Origin: an uncultured delta proteobacterium
Lineage (GTDB): Bacteria > Desulfobacterota > Desulfobulbia > Desulfobulbales > SURF-16
Direction: 5' to 3'
NCBI GenBank assembly: GCA_963729825.1
Contig: CAVSQR010000043.1
Coordinates: forward strand, 1,732-65,731
Length of the DNA: 64,000 nt
Under the pieces are notes generated by a model. It saw nothing but the letters and a program-made list of their open reading frames with translations, was not told the DNA's origin and ran no database searches. This document shows, one piece after another, positions 33,126-43,894 of this stretch. The first letter of the stretch is position 1. Every line of letters starts with the position of its first letter. Both the position numbers and the translations under genes were made by a program.

Positions 33126-33392
33126 TAATTTTCAGTTTTTACGAGTCCTTCAGTACTTAGCAGGTTGTTACGGCATAACCATTTCGTTACCGTTTATGCC
33201 GTTCATCGTATTGCGCTATCGCAGTTGTTTTTTTCCAACGGCTCAGCCGGCTGATGCGGCTGGTCTCCGGCGTTCTTTTTTGCTGATTTTTTCCCCCGGA
33301 AAAAATCTTTTCACCTATCTTGTTGATTTAAGATTGTTTTAAAAAAAAGTCCTGAACAGGGCTTTTTTTTGTGAAACGAAAAGCTTTGACTT

Positions 33393-33440
33393 TCGCCTTA
33401 TCTTGTGCTTTCATCTTTTCCAACACACAACATTTTGTGT
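33393..33440 (+). promoter_or_regulatory. Tandem NrdR boxes upstream of nrdJ
   Basis: ACACAACATTTTGTGT (33425-33440) matches 14 of 16 positions of the consensus acaCwAtATaTwGtgt. A weaker box, TCGCCTTATCTTGTGC, lies 32 bp upstream, beside a TTGACT -35-like hexamer. Confidence 0.75.
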
Positions 33441-33548
33441 GTTTTGTCTTTTTTGCCTGCGGGCGCTCTTTTTAAAATAAATGGCAAGGTTCAACCGCTT
33501 TGGACCAGTGATAAGCTGATGAACAGGAGAATAGGAATGGGGAGAAAA

Positions 33549-35795
33549 ATGGAATTAGGCGATATGAAAATTCCGGACGGAGTTATGCAACCGAAATTTG
33601 CCGATAACGCCCTGTCAGTTCTGGAAAGACGTTATCTGATGAAGGATGTGGAGGGCAATGTCACGGAAACCCCGGCAGAGATGCTCTGGCGGGTGGCAAG
33701 CTCCATTGCCGTGGCTGACAGGATGTATGACCAGGACGCCGATGTGCAGGCCCTGGCCCTGTCATTTTATGAGATGATGGCCAACCGGGATTTCATGCCG
33801 AATTCGCCTACCCTGATGAACGCCGGACGCGACCTGGGCCAGCTTTCCGCCTGTTTCGTGCTGCCGGTCGAAGACACCATGGAAAGCATTTTTGAGGCGG
33901 TCAAGCAGACGGCTCTCATCCATAAGAGCGGCGGCGGCACCGGCTTTTCCTTTTCCCGCATCAGGCCCCATCATGACGTGGTTCATTCAACCCGCGGGGT
34001 GTCAAGCGGTCCCCTTTCGTTCATGTCCGTTTTTGACTGCGCCACGGAAACCATCAAGCAGGGCGGCACCCGCCGGGGCGCCAACATGGCCATCCTCCGG
34101 GTCGATCATCCCGATATCATGGATTTCATCAAGGTCAAATCAGATCTCACGGTGCTCAATAATTTCAATATCTCCGTAGCCATTACCGATGCCTTCATGG
34201 AGGCGGTGGAAAATGATGAAGAGTACGAGCTGATCAACCCCCGCAATAATGAAGCGGTCAAAAAACAGAGTGCGGTCAAGGTGTTCAGGCAGATCGTCAA
34301 ACAGGCATGGTATTCCGGGGAGCCGGGCATCGTTTTTATTGACCGCATGAATGAGGGCAACCCCACCCCTGAGGTCGGGCTGTTTGAAAGCACCAACCCC
34401 TGCGGCGAGCAGCCGCTGCTTCCCCATGAGTCCTGTAATCTCGGCTCAATCAATCTTGCCAATATGGTGGCGGGCGGACAGATCGATTATCAGAAGCTCG
34501 GGGCAACGGTTATCAAATGTGTGCACTTTCTTGACAATGTGGTTGATGTCAACCGTTATCCCCTGCCCGAGATCGAGGAGAAAACCAAACAGAACCGCAA
34601 GATCGGCCTTGGGGTCATGGGTTTTTCGGACATGCTGCTCAGGCTCGGCGTTCCCTATTCATCTCCCGAGGCCCTGGAGCTTGCCGAGAAGGTAATGAAA
34701 TATATCGATACCTCCGCCTATCAGGCATCCGTGAACATTGCCGAGAAGCGCGGCTCATTCCCCAACTTTTCCAGAAGCATCTATGGCCAGAAGAACCCCG
34801 ATGTGCCGGTAAGAAACGCCACCCGGACCACTATTGCCCCCACCGGCACAATCAGCATCATTGCCGGCTGCTCCAGCGGCGTTGAACCGCTGTTTGCCGT
34901 TTCCTATGTCCGGCGTGTCATGGACAATGATGAGTTTTTTGAGGTGAATCCGGTGTTTGAAGAGATTGCCCGGGCCAATGGCTTCTACACACCCGAGCTG
35001 ATCAAGAAGGTTTCCTTCAGCGGCAGCGTGCAGGGTATTGAGGAGATTCCCCTGAAATACCGGCGTATTTTTGAGACCGCCCATGATATCAGCCCCAGAA
35101 ACCATATCGATATCCAGGCCGCTTTCCAGAAGAGCACCAACAACGCGGTGAGCAAAACCATCAATTTCAGCAATTCCGCCACCGTGGAGGATGTAAAGGA
35201 AACCTTCATGCTCGCCTACAAGCTGCGTTGCAAAGGGGTGACCATTTACCGTGACGGCTGCCGGGAAAATCAGGTGCTGAGTATCGGCAAGACCGACAAG
35301 AAGAAAGGGACCCAGGCTGAAGTGAGCCGGCCGGTGAAAAAAGACAGGCCGCGCCGGCTGAATGGCTCAACCTACCAGATGACCACCGGTTGCGGTCCGA
35401 TGTACGTGACCATTAATGAGGACAGCCAGCAGCAGTTTTTTGAGCTGTTCAACACGGTGGGCAAGGCCGGCGGCTGTGCCGCCAGCCAGTGCGAGGCCAT
35501 CGGCCGTCTGGTATCCCTGGCCTGGCGCAGCGGCCTGCCGCCTGAGCCCATCGTCAAGCAGCTTATCGGCATCAGCTGCCATAAACCGGCCGGTTTCGGC
35601 AAGAACAAGGTCGTCTCCTGCGCCGATGCCATCGCCCAGGCGGTCCGGCAGCACCTGGAGCGCAATAACGGCTGCAAGGATGAGACACTGGCCGAAAAGA
35701 CCATGTTCGGCGCCTGTCCGGAGTGCGGCGGGGTGATAGAACATGAGGGGGGCTGCTGCGTCTGTCATGCCTGCGGCTATTCCGAATGTGCCTGA
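33549..35795 (+). CDS. nrdJ: Class II (adenosylcobalamin-dependent) ribonucleotide reductase with C-terminal TSCPD-like domain and Zn ribbon
   Basis: PNSPTLMNAG, LSACFV, GGGTG, RRGANM, TNPCGEQPL, TIAPTGT, KGVTIYRDG, SCADAIA and CPECG...CHACG; no nrdB nearby. Confidence 0.93.
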   Translation: MELGDMKIPDGVMQPKFADNALSVLERRYLMKDVEGNVTETPAEMLWRVASSIAVADRMYDQDADVQALALSFYEMMANRDFMPNSPTLMNAGRDLGQLSACFVLPVEDTMESIFEAVKQTALIHKSGGGTGFSFSRIRPHHDVVHSTRGVSSGPLSFMSVFDCATETIKQGGTRRGANMAILRVDHPDIMDFIKVKSDLTVLNNFNISVAITDAFMEAVENDEEYELINPRNNEAVKKQSAVKVFRQIVKQAWYSGEPGIVFIDRMNEGNPTPEVGLFESTNPCGEQPLLPHESCNLGSINLANMVAGGQIDYQKLGATVIKCVHFLDNVVDVNRYPLPEIEEKTKQNRKIGLGVMGFSDMLLRLGVPYSSPEALELAEKVMKYIDTSAYQASVNIAEKRGSFPNFSRSIYGQKNPDVPVRNATRTTIAPTGTISIIAGCSSGVEPLFAVSYVRRVMDNDEFFEVNPVFEEIARANGFYTPELIKKVSFSGSVQGIEEIPLKYRRIFETAHDISPRNHIDIQAAFQKSTNNAVSKTINFSNSATVEDVKETFMLAYKLRCKGVTIYRDGCRENQVLSIGKTDKKKGTQAEVSRPVKKDRPRRLNGSTYQMTTGCGPMYVTINEDSQQQFFELFNTVGKAGGCAASQCEAIGRLVSLAWRSGLPPEPIVKQLIGISCHKPAGFGKNKVVSCADAIAQAVRQHLERNNGCKDETLAEKTMFGACPECGGVIEHEGGCCVCHACGYSECA

Positions 35796-35902
35796 CATGG
35801 TTGCCAATAAATTGATTCCTCCTGGAAATGAGATGTGCTAGAATAGTAATGACGAGGAACGGACTATTAGAGGTAAACAACTATAACCTGCACATCGACT
35901 GG

Positions 35903-36811
35903 ATGAAATTCACCAATAACCATACTGTAAAAATTCTTGTTGTGGATGATGATCCGCTTGTGCTTGAGGCCTTGGGGCTGCTGGTGGAATCGTTCGGCTA
36001 TCAGTGTTTTACGGCCGCCAACGGACTTGAGGCCATTGAAAAACTCAAGGAAGATGCCATTGATATTGTTGTAACCGATGTGGTGATGCCGGAAATGGGT
36101 GGCCTGCAACTCCTGGCCTATATCAAGGAAAACTACCCGGATACTGATGTCATCGTGGCCACCGGTTATACGGAAAAGGCAGGGTATGCCGAGGTGATAA
36201 GATCCGGGGCCATAGATTTCATCAAGAAACCCTTTGAACGTGATGAGCTGGAGGCGAAGCTGAACCGGGCCGAGCGGGAACGGAGTATGATCAGGAAGCT
36301 CGAAAAGCTCTCCCTGTGCGATTCCCTTACCGGCCTGTATAACCGGCGTTCCTTTGACATTAAACTGGCAGAGGAGGTGCAGCGCGCCCACCGCCAGGAT
36401 TTTCAGGTTTATCTGGCCCTGCTCGATGTGGATAATTTCAAGGGATACAATGATACCTATGGCCACCCTGCCGGAGATAAGGTGCTGAGTGCCGTGGGCA
36501 TGATTTTAAATGACTGCACCCGGCACAACGTGGATTTCACCTTCCGGTACGGCGGCGATGAGTTTGCGGCGATTCTCACCCAGACCAGTGAAGCGCAGGC
36601 GGTGAAAATCATGAAAAGGGTGTTGCAGAGTTTCCAGCAGGCCGGTTTTTCCGGGACAACGCTCAGTGTCGGACTTGTCTGCTGCCGGCGTGATGAAAAA
36701 CTGACCTGGCCGGAAAACGCGGCCTGCATGATAGACCGGGCGGACAAGGCCCTTTACCGGGCCAAGAGCGAGGGCAAAAACAGGGTCATGCTTGATGTCG
36801 AGGGGTGTTGA
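35903..36811 (+). CDS. Receiver-GGDEF diguanylate cyclase
   Basis: ILVVDDD, DSLTGLYNRR, DVDNFKGYNDTYGH and RYGGDEF. Confidence 0.92.
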   Translation: MKFTNNHTVKILVVDDDPLVLEALGLLVESFGYQCFTAANGLEAIEKLKEDAIDIVVTDVVMPEMGGLQLLAYIKENYPDTDVIVATGYTEKAGYAEVIRSGAIDFIKKPFERDELEAKLNRAERERSMIRKLEKLSLCDSLTGLYNRRSFDIKLAEEVQRAHRQDFQVYLALLDVDNFKGYNDTYGHPAGDKVLSAVGMILNDCTRHNVDFTFRYGGDEFAAILTQTSEAQAVKIMKRVLQSFQQAGFSGTTLSVGLVCCRRDEKLTWPENAACMIDRADKALYRAKSEGKNRVMLDVEGC

Positions 36812-36847
36812 CGAGCAAACGATCGAGTGCTTAAACGTTTGCACGTT

Positions 36848-38251
36848 TCAGCGCTCGAACGCTTCCTGCCCCGGCAGTTTGACGGTGATCGTGTTCCAGC
36901 CGTCCTCTCTGCTGGTAAAGCAGATCTCTCCCCCATGCAGTTCAACAATCCGTTTGGCAATGGCAAGGCCGAGCCCTGAGCCGCCGAACTGGGTTGATCG
37001 TGATTTCTCCACCCGGTAGAACTGTTCGAAAATCCGGCTGATATCCTCCTGAGCAACATTCGGCCCCGTATTGGACACCATCAGACACACGGCGTGCAAT
37101 TCTTTGTGTCCTTCGATGCGCAGTCGTCCCCCGGTTTTTTGGTTGTAGCGAATGGCGTTATCAACCAGGTTGATCAGCAGGCGGCGCAGTTTTTCCTGAT
37201 CCCCCTGAACATGAAGTTCCGCCTCAAAGTCGGTTTCCAGCGAAATCAGTGAGGCAGCCAGTACCTCCCGATAATCCTCCAGCACCTGTTCCGCCAGTTC
37301 TGACAAGTTGACTTGCTCCCGGGCTAAGGCCGTCTGCTGCTCCAGGCGTGACAGGTCCAGCAGGTTGCGGATCAGCCTGGTCATGCGCTGCAGACTGTTA
37401 TGCTGGCTTGCCAGGTCATCCCGCACATGGTCGGGCAGGTCGGGCGACTGCAGCATTTCTTCCTGGGAAAGCAGCAGCAGGGCGATGGGGCTTTTCAGTT
37501 CGTGGGACGCGCTGGCAATAAAGTCTTTCTGTCTGGCAAATGAGTTCTGCAGACGGTCAAACATCTGGTTTAAGGAGACGGACAGGGTGTAGAGCTCGTC
37601 TTTGCTTTTACCCAGCGGAATACGCTTATCCAGTGATTTTTCATTGATCTCCCTGACAAGCAGATTGATGGTGACGATCGGCTGCAGGATCCGGCCGGCA
37701 AGGGTGTAGCTGAACAGCACGCCGAGAATGAAACAGGTGATCAGAATGGCGCCCAGTTCATGCAGCAGCTCGACCATTTCCTCCTCAAGTTCTTCAATGG
37801 GCCTGGCAATCAGCAGGGTGTAGCCGACGCCGTTGATAGCCGCTCTGACCACCCGAACCCGGAAGGCCACTTCGTCATGGGCATCCTGGCCGAGCTGAAT
37901 CTGTTCCCTGGGGATCACATTTTCCACATTATAGGCTTTTTTTGCCGGTAAAAGCGGAATGTCGGTGTAGCGGGTCATGGCAGAGGCGAACAGGGTCGCT
38001 CCGTTTGGGTCAAGAAGTCTGATCCAGTACTTGGCCGTAGGGTTGGGCAGGAATTTTTCATCAACTGTCAGCGGTTGACCGGAATTGGGCCGGAATTGCC
38101 CGAGCAGGGCCTCCGCCATATGTTTCAGTTCCGAGTCAATGAGATAATAGGGCTGCTCGATCATTTCCAGAAAGACAAAGGATGAGAAGGATACAGCGGC
38201 GATGAGGGTCGTGGCGGAAATCCACAGGGTGATCTTCTGGCGGATTTTCAT
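36848..38251 (-). CDS. HAMP sensor histidine kinase (OmpR-family partner)
   Basis: Two TM helices, HAMP, ASHELKSP, NLVDNAIRY, FYRVEKSR and GSGLGL. Confidence 0.93.
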   Translation of the reverse strand: MKIRQKITLWISATTLIAAVSFSSFVFLEMIEQPYYLIDSELKHMAEALLGQFRPNSGQPLTVDEKFLPNPTAKYWIRLLDPNGATLFASAMTRYTDIPLLPAKKAYNVENVIPREQIQLGQDAHDEVAFRVRVVRAAINGVGYTLLIARPIEELEEEMVELLHELGAILITCFILGVLFSYTLAGRILQPIVTINLLVREINEKSLDKRIPLGKSKDELYTLSVSLNQMFDRLQNSFARQKDFIASASHELKSPIALLLLSQEEMLQSPDLPDHVRDDLASQHNSLQRMTRLIRNLLDLSRLEQQTALAREQVNLSELAEQVLEDYREVLAASLISLETDFEAELHVQGDQEKLRRLLINLVDNAIRYNQKTGGRLRIEGHKELHAVCLMVSNTGPNVAQEDISRIFEQFYRVEKSRSTQFGGSGLGLAIAKRIVELHGGEICFTSREDGWNTITVKLPGQEAFER

Positions 38252-38928
38252 GGAACGTCGTCAATAATATAGCCGGCGCCGCGGACGGTGCGGATAACAG
38301 TATCCCGGTCGCCTTTTTTGATTTTCTGGCGAAGATTTTTCATGTGGACATCGATAAAATTGGACATGGTAAAGGGATCAAAATTGTCACCCCAGACATG
38401 CTCGGCCAGACTGAACCTGGAAACGACCCGGCCTTTATTGTAAAGCAGGAATTCCAGCATGGCGAATTCCTTGACCGTGAGGGTGACCGGCATATCGTCC
38501 AGGGTCACGGACCGGTTAACCGTATTGAGACTGACAGAGCCGCAGGTGAGCAGCGGATTTTTCCCCCGGCCCCGTCTCAGCATGGCGCGGATCCGGGCAA
38601 GCAGTTCGGACATGGAAAAGGGCTTGGCCAGATAATCGTCAGCACCCTGGTCCAACCCACGCACCCGATTATCAAGATCACTTAAGGCGGTCAGCATGAG
38701 CACCGGAGTGTTGATGCGCTCCTGCCGTAATTCTTTCAAGACGCTCAGACCGTCCCGTCCCGGCATCATGATGTCGAGGATGATCAGATCAAAGCTGTCA
38801 CCATCTTCGATTTTATCCAGGGCCTCTTCCCCGTTTTTCGCCGTATCCACCATATATTGCTCATGGCTCAGGGCTTGGCACAGCCTTTGCCGCAGTTCTT
38901 CCTCATCATCAACTATGAGGATTTTCAT
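38248..38928 (-). CDS. OmpR/PhoB family response regulator
   Basis: LDIMMP, GADDYLAKPF, IDVHMKNLRQK and RTVRGAGY; 4-nt overlap with the kinase gene. Confidence 0.95.
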   Translation of the reverse strand: MKILIVDDEEELRQRLCQALSHEQYMVDTAKNGEEALDKIEDGDSFDLIILDIMMPGRDGLSVLKELRQERINTPVLMLTALSDLDNRVRGLDQGADDYLAKPFSMSELLARIRAMLRRGRGKNPLLTCGSVSLNTVNRSVTLDDMPVTLTVKEFAMLEFLLYNKGRVVSRFSLAEHVWGDNFDPFTMSNFIDVHMKNLRQKIKKGDRDTVIRTVRGAGYIIDDVP

Positions 38929-38956
38929 GGTAGCCTCCTTGGGGTTTTGCAGGCGG

Positions 38957-39328
38957 TTAAGCGGTACGGGTAATCAACCAGACTCCCAGGCAGATCACCA
39001 CAATACCGGACCAGCGGGTAAGCCCGATGCTTTCATTGAAAAAGAATTGACCGGCCAGGGCGGTAACAATGTAACCGACTGAAAGCAGCGGGTATGCATA
39101 ACTGACCTCGACCCGGGAGAGAACCAGCAGCCAGATCAGCACGCTGACCACGTAACAGGTGAGACCAGCGAGGACAAAGGGGCTGGAGGCAACGGCCAGG
39201 ATAACCTGGGGCGCGTTTTCCAGGCGAAAGGCAAAGTGACCGATGGTGCGCATGCCCTGCTTGAGGGCCAGCTGGGCAAGGGCATTGAGCAGAACGCCGG
39301 CAAGGATAAGTGGCAGATATTTGTTCAT
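38957..39328 (-). CDS. SMR/EamA-type flippase subunit (ArnE/ArnF-like)
   Basis: Four TM helices, AQLALKQG and LSRVEVSYAYPLLS; sits at the end of the arn operon. Confidence 0.8.
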   Translation of the reverse strand: MNKYLPLILAGVLLNALAQLALKQGMRTIGHFAFRLENAPQVILAVASSPFVLAGLTCYVVSVLIWLLVLSRVEVSYAYPLLSVGYIVTALAGQFFFNESIGLTRWSGIVVICLGVWLITRTA

Positions 39329-39456
39329 TGCTGTCTGTTAGAAGTGAATAATTTCATTTTTACGGGAGCCGGTTGAGGCAGACTGCCCTTTGGGAGTGAG
39401 AATAATGAATATCTGACATGATAAAAAATATCAGGAAAGATAGCCGGTATATTGCG

Positions 39457-41147
39457 TCAATATTTGACAAAAACATACCCCTTTGCGCCGCTGTTGTCCA
39501 GCAGGCTGGGGGCAGGAAGAAATTTTTCCCAGTTCTCGTAATGTTTCACACTGGCAATCAGCACACACCTGCCGGGGTGTTCGGCAATCAGCCGGCTTAC
39601 CTCTTGCACCTTGAGAAGCCGTGTCGCGGATTGATCATGTGCTAAACCATAGTCCAACTCACCGGCGGATTCCACCATGGTAATATCGTTTCTCTTATAA
39701 TACCAGCAGGCTGCCTGCACGGTTTTTTCATCGGAGAAAATAATTGACTCCGTTGTCACGTTTTTTTCGTGGCGTTTGAGCAGCAGCACCGGGGCCTTTG
39801 ATTCAAGGGTCAGGTCTGGCATGATAAAATTGGCGAGAAAAAGAATGAGCACCGGCGCCAGGCCGAAGAGCAGAATTTTACGGCTGGCCACGTCGGCTGC
39901 GGAAAGCCCCGATGAAAAACAGGACCATTACGAAAAGGCCGTTGGCTGCCATGAGCCATTTCCAGATCCTGTTTTCCGGCAGAGCGATGTCAAAGCCGAA
40001 AAAGCGGGTGGCGGACAAAAAGGCAATGATGGCGGCCAGCAGTGCTCCGTAGAACAGAGCTGCGCCGGCAGTGCCCAGCTGAAAGCTGCGGAAGCGCCCA
40101 CGGTTAAGCACCCTGTGCAGGCCAATGGCTCATGAGAATGGCAAAGGGCGGAAAACAGGGCAGGATATAGGTCAGCAGTTTACCGTTTGATGCGGAGAAA
40201 AAAAGGAACGGAAAAACAAACCAGCAGATGCAGAAAGTAATGAGGGGTGAAATTGGATTTTGTTTGGTCCGTGCTGCGGCTGTTGTGCTGAAAAAACCTG
40301 TAACAGCTGCCGGAACAAGAAAGATCCAGGGCAGAAACATGGGCGGCGCACTGAGGAAAAAATACCAGAAAGGTTTTTTGTGCTGGGCATTATCTGCCAG
40401 AAAACGGTGGACATGTTCGTTCCAGAAAAAGTAATGCCAGAACTGCGGTTCACGCAGATGAATAAGTACACTCCAGGGCAGCGCCACCAGCAGGGCGGTC
40501 AGCAGTGGCAGCCATGTCATGCGGAAAATATCGGCAAAGCGGCGCTGGCTCAATAGAAAGGGAACAATGGCCAGAACCGGCACGGCAAAGGCGAGAAATC
40601 CCTTGGTCAAAAAAGCCAGACCGCAGAAGATGCCGGAAAACATCAGGTATTTTTTTTCCTGCCGGGAACCGGGCTCGGCTGCGCTGGCCCGATAGAAACT
40701 GACCATGGTGCCGGTGAGAAAAAAGCAGAGAAGATTGTCCAGCACGCAGAAGGTGCCCACCGCATAGACCTCCAGTGAGGTGAGAAAGATGAGCGCGGCA
40801 AGCGGCGCAATGGTCTCATCATTTTTTGCTCCGCCAGCGGCAATGCCGAGGATGAAAAGGGCGGTGAGGGCAACGGACAGGGCCGAGGGCAGGCGGATGG
40901 CGAAATTGTTTTCACCGAAGACCATGATCGAGCCGGCAATGGCCCAATAGCCGAGAACCGGTTTTTCAAAGTAGCGCAGGCCGTTGAGATGGGGGGAAAC
41001 CCAGTCGCCGCTTGCTATCATCTCCCGCGGCACCTCTGCATAGCGTGATTCGTCGGGCACGAACATGGGGCGGGCGCCGAGGGGGACAATGTAGAGGGCG
41101 GCAATGAGCAGCAGCACCAGCAGGCCGTATCTTCTTGTGGATGACAT
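39457..41147 (-). CDS. arnT: ArnT-like lipid-carrier-dependent glycosyltransferase (GT83), frameshifts near 40115 and 39885
   Basis: PDESRYAEVPREM, YFEKP, FLTKG, H...PFWY and KLLTYILP; C-terminal GELDYGL motif. Confidence 0.88.
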
Positions 41148-41150
41148 TGC

Positions 41151-42889
41151 TTAATCCCCGCTGCCCAAGGCAGGTGCGCCGTTCAGCTGCTGACCTGGCT
41201 GGATGTCCTGTTTCTGTTCCCCGATCAGCCAGGAGGTGATGTTTTTCCGGTGCATAAGGCCCTGGGTGATTTCCTGCATGGATTTGCGGTGAGCATACAT
41301 TGCCACTTCATTTTCCATCTTGGCGAAGGCTACCAGCACAAAGGGCAGGGGGTGGCCGCCAAGCTCTGCGGGGGTATGGGCAAAGGAAAGATCCTCTGAG
41401 GGTCTATTGCTGTACAGGGCATATTTGATGCCGTCGCCGTCCGGGTTGATTTTATAGAGCACCACCGGGATGGTTGGCGCAATGTCCGCCTCGGTTTGCC
41501 GGACAAAGTCACGGCCCGACTCCCGCTGCGAGATCCAGGGCTCAATCAGCATGGCCTCGGCGGCCATGGCGCAGCCGACACAGAGCAGGGCAAGGCTGAC
41601 AGCGCGCAGGTTCTGCCCTGTTTTATTGGCCAGCAGAAGGTAGATGAGGCTGGAGCAGATCAACCATGACCAGCCAGAAAAAAACCGGTGGCCGATAGGA
41701 CATGGGCGCTGCCGCATACATCACCGTCACTGCCGTGATAAGCAGAAAAAAAAGATACCTTGAAGAGTGTTGCACAGCCCTGTTGGCGCAGCAGGCTGCT
41801 GTGTTCGGCAAAAAGCTCGATGCCGCGGCCGATGAGTAGAAAAAGGGCGGGGAAGAGTGGCAGCAGGTAGCGGCTGTGCCGTGTGGAGGCTGCCGTAAAC
41901 AGGGCAAGCACAAAGAAAGAGCCAGCAGGCGGCCAGCCGCATGGTTTCATGGGAAAAAAAGTTGGCCAGGAAGGTTCTGCCAGTAAAGCTCCTGCGTTAT
42001 CCTGCCGGCCGGCCAGGAAAAAACCGAAACAGGCCGGGATCCACCAGGGGGCGGCGCCGGACAGCAGATAGAGGAGATAATAATAGAGGGGTTCATTGGC
42101 CTCATCTCCCACCCGGCCGGCCAGCTGCGCCTCAAATACTTTCTGGACCAGTTCGCTGCCGCCGGATTGCCAGAGCAGCAGCAGATCAATACCGATGCAC
42201 GCTGCTGCCAGCAGCATCGATTTCATGGCAAAAATGAGCAGAGCGCGCCATTTTCTTTCACAGATGAGAAAGGTGCCCCAGATGCCCACAGGCAGCACCA
42301 GGCCAACTGGTCCCTTGGTGAAAAAGGCCAGCAGCATCATGACAAAGGCCGCAGCCTCCGCCACTCCACCGGCACCTGCAGCCGGCCGGCGATAACGGAG
42401 ATACAGCAGAAAGACGGCAGAACTCACCCAGATGGCCAGCAGCATGTCAATGGTTGCCCGCCCGGCCTTCAGCCAGTAGTCAGGGCAGGTGGCCAGAGCC
42501 AGGGCGGCAATGAGCGCCGTCTGCACACTGATTTTTTGGGCCAGCATGAAGGTGACAGCGACCATGGCCGCGGCGGCCATGGCGCTGGGCAGCACAGCGG
42601 AAACCGTCGTCACCTGGCCCGCCGGCAGGGAAAAAAGCCAGGAAAGCCAGAAGTACAGGGGCGGATAATCCGCATAGCTTGTGCCCATGACCGTCGGGAT
42701 GAGGCTCGGTCCGTTGCTGACCATGATTTTGGTAAACAGGCCGTTTCTCGCCTCCAGACCGAAAAGATCCCGCAGGGGCGTTGCCCAGATATAGGCAAGA
42801 AAAGTCCCGAGGAAAAGGTACAGGGGAAAAAGAGGACTGCCCGCAAGGCTCTGTTGCTGAGTAGTTGACATTCTGTTGCAGTTATTCAT
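41151..42889 (-). CDS. Second, divergent ArnT/PMT-like glycosyltransferase, frameshifts near 41950 and 41720
   Basis: GLEARNG, YADYPPLYFW, IDM, FTKGPVG, EPLYYY and RHSRYLLPLFP. Confidence 0.75.
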
Positions 42890-42915
42890 TCATGAATGGA
42901 TGTTTTGCTTGCGAT

Positions 42916-42958
42916 GTAGGGGCGGTTCGTGAACCGCCCGTTTCGCGAACCGCCCTGC
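42916..42958. repeat. GTAG-type REP element
   Basis: GTAGGGGCGGTTCGTGAACCGCCC followed by a partial second copy (CGCGAACCGCCCTGC). Confidence 0.75.
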
Positions 42959-42985
42959 GGGCCTGGCAACCGCTGTTTGTTATAC

Positions 42986-43894
42986 TCAATGCAATTCGTT
43001 TTCCTGGCAGGAGATCCAGCCCTCACGCCCCTCCAGGCGGGAGGCAATAATTTTCGCTGCAGCAATCTCCGGGCAGCTGGCCAGCAGATCCCCTAACGGC
43101 TGAAAATCGATTTTTTTGGTCTGCGCCTTGTCAAGAAAATCGCTAAACATGGCGCGGCACGCCCCCCCCTCCGCCTCGGCGTGAATGGTGAGCACATTGA
43201 GCTTTTCGGGTTTGAACAGGCTGAGCAGGTGATCATTGTAATTGTGGGCATCAATGCCGTTTCTGCCGATCAGCTCGTCATAGGTGGGCAGGGTGGCCGG
43301 TATCTGCGGCTGGCTGAGAAGACCCTCGTCAAGCCGCGGATAAAAAATGGAAGAACCCCGGCAGTCCGAGTTGTAACGGCCGGGGAATTTTTCCCGGGCC
43401 TTCAGCGCAGCAGGGGTGATGCGCCAGGCCGGCGCCGCGCTGCAGTCCACGGGACGTTCAATGATTTCCGCCAGCAGATGCATGCCGCGGCTCAGATCCC
43501 GCAGCACCTCCTGGTGGGGAAGGTCGGCTATCTTCGTCTGCCAGCGATGATGGTCCCAGGCGTGCAGGCCGATTTCATGGCCTGCCGCCGCGGCCTGGCG
43601 GATCTCGGCCGCCGCCTTTCTGCCGATCAGCGGGCCGGGCCACAGGGTGCCCTTGAACAGGATATCCCAGCCATAAAGACTTGCCGCCCTGCTGCGCAGC
43701 ATCTTGAACAGAAAGGCGGGCCGCAGGAGCCGCCACAGGTGACGGCCCATGTTGTCCGGTCCCACGGAGAAGAAAAAGGTGGCCTTGATGCCGTGGCGCT
43801 TCAGTTCGGCCAGCAGTCCCGGTACGCCGATTCTGGTGCCGCGCAGGGTATCCACATCGATGCGAAGCCCTGCGTGGGTGTTTTTTGCAATCAC
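42986..43894 (-). CDS. arnD: 4-deoxy-4-formamido-L-arabinose-phosphoundecaprenol deformylase
   Basis: [39 protein letters not shown] and TIHAEAEG. Confidence 0.93.
   Translation of the reverse strand: MIAKNTHAGLRIDVDTLRGTRIGVPGLLAELKRHGIKATFFFSVGPDNMGRHLWRLLRPAFLFKMLRSRAASLYGWDILFKGTLWPGPLIGRKAAAEIRQAAAAGHEIGLHAWDHHRWQTKIADLPHQEVLRDLSRGMHLLAEIIERPVDCSAAPAWRITPAALKAREKFPGRYNSDCRGSSIFYPRLDEGLLSQPQIPATLPTYDELIGRNGIDAHNYNDHLLSLFKPEKLNVLTIHAEAEGGACRAMFSDFLDKAQTKKIDFQPLGDLLASCPEIAAAKIIASRLEGREGWISCQENELH

Noticed and set aside
33001-33548. Cobalamin riboswitch upstream of nrdJ
   Set aside because: No recognisable B12-box or conserved core. The region is explained by a repeat hairpin and NrdR boxes.
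33549-35795. Intein or intron in the ribonucleotide reductase
   Set aside because: The ORF is continuous and of normal length, with no splice-junction motifs or endonuclease insert.
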